A stretch of DNA of 64,000 nucleotides. It comes from an uncultured Chloroflexia bacterium. GTDB taxonomy: Bacteria > Chloroflexota > Limnocylindria > Limnocylindrales > CSP1-4. The position numbers were made by a program, and so were the translations under genes. The notes under the pieces are model-generated. The model had not been told where the DNA came from and searched no databases. It saw only the letters and a list, made by a program, of their open reading frames with translations. This document shows, one piece after another, positions 58,570 through 64,000 of this stretch; positions within the stretch are counted from its first letter, which is position 1; the number at the start of each line of letters is the position of its first letter. The stretch lies in NCBI GenBank assembly GCA_963813535.1, contig CAWEZH010000003.1, positions 864,001 through 928,000 on the forward strand, read 5' to 3'.

Positions 58570-59917
58570 CTACCGACCGATCACGACGATCGCCGCCGCC
58601 GTCACGAACAGGTTGAGCAGCGATGCCGGCAGCAGCCACTTCCAGGCGAAGCTCATCAGCTGGTCGATGCGGACTCGCGGCAAGCGTGCCGCGCATCCAG
58701 ACGAACGTGAACACGAGGGCGTACGTCTTGAGCATGAACCAGAGGATACCGGCGACCCACGGCAGCCCGATGAACGCCCACGCGCCGACCAGCGCGACGA
58801 TGAACAGGTTGGCCAGCACGAACCCGGCGAGCAGCGCCTGCCACCACTTGATGCTCGAGCGCAGCAGCCAGAACGGGGCCCCGAACAGGAGCGTCAACAC
58901 GACTGGCGCGATGCCCACGATGAACAGCAGCCCGATGTTGAACGACGCCGGGTCGAGGCTCAGCTGGACCTGCCATGCCTCGGGCAACGCGAACGGCGCA
59001 TTCCATCCGCCGAGGAACAACGTCACGAAGAGCGCCGACACGATGAACACGTTCACGTACTCGGCGAAGAAGAAGAACCCGAAACGCATGCCCGAGTACT
59101 CGGTCGCGAAGCCGGCGACGATCTCGGAGTCGGCCTCGGTCAGGTCGAATGGGGTCCGGTTCGCCTCCGCGGTCGCCGCGATGAAGAAGATGAGTGCGCC
59201 CAGTGGTTGCTGGAAGATGTACCAGTCGGTGAACCAGCCTTGCTGGTTCTCGACCAGCGTGTTCAAGCTCATCGTCCCGGCCAGCAGCAGCAGTCCCACG
59301 ACCGACAACGCGAGCGGGATCTCGTAGCTCACAACCTGCGCCGCGGCTCGCAGGCCGCCCAGCAGCGAGTACTTGTTGTAGCTCGACCAGCCGGCCATCA
59401 ACAGGCCGACGACGGACAGGCCGCCGATCGCGAAGAAGTACAGCAGTGCGAGGTTGAGGTCGTAGCCGAACAGGCCCGGCGCGAACGGGATGACCAGCAG
59501 CGTCAGGACGCTGGCCAGGTACACGACCACCGGCGCCCAGGTGAAGACGACCGAATCGGCGCCGGTCGGGGTGAAGTCCTCCTTCATCAGGACCTTCAGC
59601 CCGTGCACCACCGAGAGCAGCGAACCGTACGGTCCGACCCGGTCGGGCCCGATCCGAAGATTCATCAGCGCGATGATCTTCATCTCCATATAGATGATCA
59701 GGAACGCGGTCGGGATGGTCATCAGCAGGATCACCGTCACCGCGACGACGAACCGGACGATCGGCAGATTGGCCACCAGGACGTCGATCACTGCCTGGCC
59801 GAACAGCTGGATCACCAGGATCAGCCCGACCGTGAGCAGGATGAGCAGCGGGACGGCGATGAAGACGACCTTGCCCGGCAGCGTCAGCCGACTCCACCCG
59901 CGACCGATGACCGTCAT
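58570..59917 (-). CDS. nuoH: NADH-quinone oxidoreductase subunit H (one extra base near 58683, probable sequencing error)
   Basis: RIGPDRVGP, NKYSLLGGLR, RTPFDLTE, EYSG. Removing one base restores LPRVRIDQLMSFAWKWLLP…TAG at 58570. Confidence 0.92.
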
Positions 59918-59942
59918 GCGTCCGAACTACCTTGCGCGTCGC

Positions 59943-60043
59943 GGGGCGAGTCGAGGCCAAGGCGCCGGCGAGCAGGGGAGCGAGCGTAGCCCGAGCTACG
60001 TGAGCGACCCAGCGCAGCCGGCAACGCCGGCATCGGCCGTCCC
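59943..60043 (-). repeat. ~100 bp structured intergenic repeat, copy 2
   Basis: Reverse complement matches 45282-45380. Confidence 0.8.
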
Positions 60044-60062
60044 GTGGCGCGCCGGGCGACCG

Positions 60063-61315
60063 TCACTTATCCACTCCGCCCATGATCGGGTCGAGGACGC
60101 CATGACCGCCATCGTGTCCGCGACCAAGTGCCCGGGCATGAGGACGCCGACCGACTGAAGGTGCAGGAACGACGGGTCGTGGATGCGCATCCGGAACGGC
60201 TGGTCGGTCCCGTCGCTGATGGCGTATGTCCCGTACTGGCCGCGCGGCGCCTCGATGCCGACGTACGCGCGTCCCGGACGCGGCCGGAGGAGCCGCGGCA
60301 GCTTGGCCATGATCGGACCGTCCGGCATCTGGTGGAGACACTGGTCGATGATCCGCAGGCTCTGCTTGATCTCGTCCATCCGCAGTAGATAGCGGGCCAG
60401 GCAGTCGCCCTCCGTCCGCGTCGGGATGTCGAAGTCCAGCTCCGGATAGATCGAATACGGGTGCGCGCGGCGCATGTCGAACGGCACGCCCGTCGCCCGC
60501 AGGTTCGGCCCACTCATGGTCATCCGGAGCGCCGTCTTCGAGTCGATCGTGCCCAGGCCCCGCATCCGGCGGACGAAGATCTCGTTCTCGTTGAGCAGCG
60601 CGTTACCGGCCTCGATCTGCTCGGTCGCGTGACCCATCCAGTCGCCGAGCCGGCTCATGAACTCGTGGTTCAGGTCGCCGTTGACGCCGCCGATGCGGAA
60701 GTAGTTGAAGAGCATCCGCTGACCGGTCAGCGAGGCGAGCATCTCGACGATCTCGTCGCGTTCGATGAACGACCACAGGATCGGTGTGAGTCCGCCGAGG
60801 TCGAGTGCCATCCAGCCCAGGAACAGGGCGTGGCTGGCGACCCGGTTCAGCTCGCCAGACAGCACGCGGATGTACTCCGCGCGCCGGGGCACCTCGACGT
60901 CGAGCAGCTTCTCGAACGCCATGACGCCGGGCCATTCGCAGAAGAGGGAGCTGACGTATTCGAGGGGGTCGAGGTAGCAGATCGCCTGGTGGTAATCGGC
61001 GTTCTCGCACAGCTTCTCGACGCCGCGATGGAGGTAGCCGAGGACCGGATCGAGGTCGACGACCTTCTCGCCGTCGAGCTTGAGCACGACGCGCAGCACG
61101 CCGTGGGTCGAGGGATGCTGCGGTCCCATGTTGAGGAACATCTCGCCATCGCGGAGCGTGTAGAACTCGGCCTCGCGCTCGGTCCGCGGCGGGTACGGCG
61201 GGATGGGCTCGAAGACACCCGCGTCCTGGTCGAGCTTGATGCGCGGGTCGTCCGGCGAGCCGGCGAAGAACTCGTCGTGCTGCTGGGCACCGGGCCGGGG
61301 CGTGGTCGTGGTCAT
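60063..61315 (-). CDS. nuoD: NADH-quinone oxidoreductase subunit D (one base missing near 60095, probable sequencing error)
   Basis: NMGPQHPSTHGVLR, GYLHRGVEK, EAPRG. Adding one C restores SLDPIMGGVDK-stop. Confidence 0.93.
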
Positions 61316-61334
61316 CGCAGGTCCTTCATACCCG

Positions 61335-61883
61335 TCACGCGCCGATGCGCCGGACGGTTCCGGCCTTCGGGGTCACGCGTGGCTGTTGGGTGCGCTCCAT
61401 GGGCCGGACGCCGGCACCGGGCGATCGGGCGGCGTCGTCGGCGAGGTAGAAGTCCTTCCGAAGCGGGAAGCTCTGGTAGTCGGGTGGCATGTAGATGCGG
61501 CGCAGGTCGCGGTTGCCCTCGAACGTGATACCGAACATGTCGTACGCCTCGCGCTCCATCCACTCGGCGCCCTTCCACATGAAGGTCACCGATGGGACTC
61601 GCGGATCCTCGCGCGACAGGCCGTCGGCGATGACCCGCAGCCAGTCGGGCGTCGTCGGGCTCCAGAGGTGGTAGACGACCTGCATGACCTCGCCGGTGTC
61701 GACGCCGCACAGGTCGGCGAGGAACTCGAACGCGAATTCGGGTTCGTCGTGCAGCGACGTGATCACGGGCACGACGTCGCCGGCGCCGATCCTGATCTCG
61801 GTCTCGTCATGTCGCTGTCGGACCGGCCCCGTCAGCTGCTCACCGAAGCGCCGCTCGAGGCGTGCCTTGAATGCGCGATCCAT
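61335..61883 (-). CDS. nuoC: NADH-quinone oxidoreductase subunit C
   Basis: LADLCGVD, EREAYDMFGI, FPLRKDF. Confidence 0.94.
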   Translation of the reverse strand: MDRAFKARLERRFGEQLTGPVRQRHDETEIRIGAGDVVPVITSLHDEPEFAFEFLADLCGVDTGEVMQVVYHLWSPTTPDWLRVIADGLSREDPRVPSVTFMWKGAEWMEREAYDMFGITFEGNRDLRRIYMPPDYQSFPLRKDFYLADDAARSPGAGVRPMERTQQPRVTPKAGTVRRIGA

Positions 61884-61885
61884 GA

Positions 61886-62638
61886 TCAGACTTCGGCGGG
61901 GACGGTCGGCCCGATCGGCCGCTCGGGCCAGTGGCCGCGCCGATCCTTGATGAGTTGCTGCAGCTTCATCATCCCGAAGATGAGCCCCTCGGGCCGCGGC
62001 GGGCAGCCGGGCACGTAGACATCGACGGGCATGACCCGGTCGATTCCCTCGACTGTCGAGTAGCTCCGCTTGTAGCGGCCCCCCGAGCACGTACAGTCGC
62101 CCATCGCGACGCACCACTTCGGCTCGGGCATCTGCTCCCAGAGACGGACCAGCGGGCCGGCCATCTTGGTGGTGAGCGTGCCGGCGACGATGAGCACGTC
62201 CGCCTGCCGGGGACTCGCCCGGAACGGGAACATGCCCCAGCGGTCCATGTCGTTCTTCGACGTCGCCGCGGACATCATCTCGATCGCGCAGCAGGCCAGA
62301 CCGGACAGCAGGGGCCACAGGCTGTTCATCCGGATCAGGTCCAGGACATAGTCAGCCTTGGTCGGGATGACCTCGAGCGGCCCGCTCCACCGGGCATTGT
62401 CCCGACGGGACTCAGCGCTCGCCTCGAGCTCGGCGAGGTGGGTGATGTCGGTCGGCCGGCCACCGTCATAGGCAGCCGGGTCGGCAGCCTGCCACAGCAT
62501 GTTGGGCACGACGATCGGCGAGATGACGTCGTCGGCCGGCCGCTTTGCGGGCACCGGCGGCTGCGACGGGACGTCCGAGGAGATCTGGGTCGCGTCGGAC
62601 GATCCAGCACCGAGCCCGTCGCGGTTGGCCCTTCTCAC
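61886..62638 (-). CDS. nuoB: NADH-quinone oxidoreductase subunit B
   Basis: [33 protein letters not shown]; GTG overlaps the nuoA stop. Confidence 0.94.
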   Translation of the reverse strand: MRRANRDGLGAGSSDATQISSDVPSQPPVPAKRPADDVISPIVVPNMLWQAADPAAYDGGRPTDITHLAELEASAESRRDNARWSGPLEVIPTKADYVLDLIRMNSLWPLLSGLACCAIEMMSAATSKNDMDRWGMFPFRASPRQADVLIVAGTLTTKMAGPLVRLWEQMPEPKWCVAMGDCTCSGGRYKRSYSTVEGIDRVMPVDVYVPGCPPRPEGLIFGMMKLQQLIKDRRGHWPERPIGPTVPAEV

Positions 62639-63000
62639 CGCCACGTCAGGGCTCCCTTCCGCCAGGCATACGCGAGGCCAAGCAGGAGGATCACGACGAA
62701 CACGACCATGCTGATGAACAGCCCGGCCGGGTTGAGGCTCGGGTCCTTGAACACGATGGCCCAGAGGTAGATGAAGATCACCTCGATGTCGAACGCGACG
62801 AACAGCAGCGCGTAGATGTAGAACGACAGCCCGAACCGTCCGTGGGTATCGCCGTACGTGTCGATGCCCGACTCGTACGGGAGGCCCTTGTGCACGTCGC
62901 CTTTGTTCCGATGGGAGACGAGCCACGCCGCGGCGATCGTCCCGAACACGAACGTCACGCCGGCGAAGGCGAAGCCCACGACGTACCAGAGCTGTTCCAA
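62635..63000 (-). CDS. nuoA: NADH-quinone oxidoreductase subunit A
   Basis: [23 protein letters not shown]. Confidence 0.95.
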   Translation of the reverse strand: MEQLWYVVGFAFAGVTFVFGTIAAAWLVSHRNKGDVHKGLPYESGIDTYGDTHGRFGLSFYIYALLFVAFDIEVIFIYLWAIVFKDPSLNPAGLFISMVVFVVILLLGLAYAWRKGALTWR

Positions 63001-63071
63001 TCGAACTCCCTTCGGGGACCGTTCAAGAGGCGGCGGGCAGGGTCGGCTCTGCGGAGCCTCCTCGCACGCTC

Positions 63072-63080
63072 ATTCTATCA
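63072..63080 (-). promoter_or_regulatory. Putative extended -10 (TGATAGAAT) for the nuo operon
   Basis: TGn-TAGAAT about 70 bp upstream of nuoA; no clear -35. Confidence 0.45.
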
Positions 63081-63364
63081 GCGGGCACGGTCTGACCGGG
63101 CTCGTGACGGGTCCCGGCGGAACGGCGCACGGCGACCGCGCGACCGCGGCCGGGCGTGCACGGATCGACAGAGGAGGGAGTCGATCCGGATCGGTCGCGC
63201 GGGAGGGCGGTACCGGCGTCCGGCACCGCGAGCACCGCTGCGGGGAGCGCGACGCGCCGAGCGCGCGTGCAGGTTCACGTCGCGCTCCCCGTCGCGATGC
63301 GGTCGTGCGACGACCATGGTCAGCGTGACGGTCCGCCGTGTCCGGGAGCAATACGGCATTCGCC

Positions 63365-64000
63365 CTAGTCGGCAGCGCCTCGCGTGCCTCGCGGGAGACG
63401 ATACGCGAGGACCCTGAGCGGGGCATCGGGCGGCCACGCGCGACCGAACACCATGACCCGGAACCGACCCATCGCGGCAGGGTCGAGCAGACGCATGAGG
63501 GCCGATCGAAGAAGGGTGTAGTCCTCCAACGTCGTGGCCGGGTCCGCCTGGATCTCGCGCAGCCGATCCTCGACGCCGAGACCCATCAGCGCCTCGGCCT
63601 GGGTCGTGATCCCGAGGGTGGTCAGGCCGGCTGCCTCGGCCGCCCGCCGGACCGCGGTCACGTCCACGTGCGCAGTGAGGTCCTGCCGACCGACGAGCCG
63701 GTACGGGTCGTCGCTGACCTGGTGGCGGACATACGCGCGCAGCGTGCCATCCCGGCGACGAAGCGGGTCGTACAACTCCTGGGCGATGGCGCCGTAGTCG
63801 ATCAGGAGCGCGAGTCCGCGGCGCAGTGGCGCGACCGCCGATGCCACCCAGTCGTCGATCGCGAGGCAGATCTCCGCCGTCTGGCCGGTCGCGAGCTCGA
63901 TGCCCTCCGCGTCCAGCCGTGCCGCGAGGTCCGGCGTCGTCGGTTCGACCTCGACCTCGACGAATGCACCGTCCGCCGCGACATCGACGGCGAGCTCGCG
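63365..64000 (-). CDS. MidA/NDUFAF7-family SAM-dependent methyltransferase, 5' end outside window
   Basis: LLIDYG, GTLRAY, GRQDLTAHVD, TTQAEAL, LLDPAAMGRFRV; frame open to the window end. Confidence 0.8.
   Translation of the reverse strand, partial: RELAVDVAADGAFVEVEVEPTTPDLAARLDAEGIELATGQTAEICLAIDDWVASAVAPLRRGLALLIDYGAIAQELYDPLRRRDGTLRAYVRHQVSDDPYRLVGRQDLTAHVDVTAVRRAAEAAGLTTLGITTQAEALMGLGVEDRLREIQADPATTLEDYTLLRSALMRLLDPAAMGRFRVMVFGRAWPPDAPLRVLAYRLPRGTRGAAD

Noticed and set aside
60067-60075. DnaA box-like TTATCCACT
   Set aside because: Isolated, within the nuoD terminal codons and far from oriC.
58680-60100. nuoH and nuoD frameshifts as pseudogenes or programmed frameshifts; 678 aa NuoH read-through ORF
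   Set aside because: Single-base corrections restore canonical C-termini, there is no slippery motif, and the rest of the operon is intact. Assembly errors are more likely.
63090-63360. Riboswitch or Rex/CRP operator upstream of nuoA
   Set aside because: Only weak GC-rich palindromes; spacing does not fit known consensus.
793-63984. Many long antisense or alternate-frame ORFs (e.g. 793-2925, 16879-18780, 24043-25947, 32750-35035)
   Set aside because: Arg/Pro/Gly-rich shadows of real genes, as expected in high-GC DNA; no recognisable motifs.
1-64000. CRISPR array, tRNA or rRNA genes, transposases, defence systems
   Set aside because: No spaced direct repeats, no cloverleaf other than tmRNA, and no such protein motifs were seen by eye.

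Overview
High-GC bacterial chromosomal segment spanning the replication origin (khpB-yidC-yidD-rnpA-rpmH | dnaA-oriC-dnaN-recF-dciA). Gene content and protein style suggest Chloroflexota; this is an inference, not a database result. Left part: GNAT, ftsEX, S41 protease, smpB, a divergent urease-like locus without accessory genes, tmRNA, transporters and a VanW protein. Middle: a PP2C-like pseudophosphatase receptor, rhomboid and DUF151 genes, then a ~15 kb glycoconjugate locus. That locus holds a GT2, three GT-C genes (one a ~1790 aa double GT-C fusion) and an ArsR-led operon pgsA-ino1-patA-patA-PHP-pimA resembling mycobacterial phosphatidylinositol-mannoside synthesis. Right part: a Ser-for-Cys sortase-like protein, TlpA, OtsB and a full complex I operon. 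The most striking observation is in that operon: nuoI appears split into two halves, and an NuoE'/NuoF/NuoG-GltD (Stn/Nfn-like, probably NADPH-using) input module is inserted between and fused to them. Single-base frameshifts in nuoD and nuoH are probably assembly errors, so individual fusions need read-level confirmation. No CRISPR array, integrase or transposase was seen. Two copies of a ~100 bp structured intergenic repeat are present.
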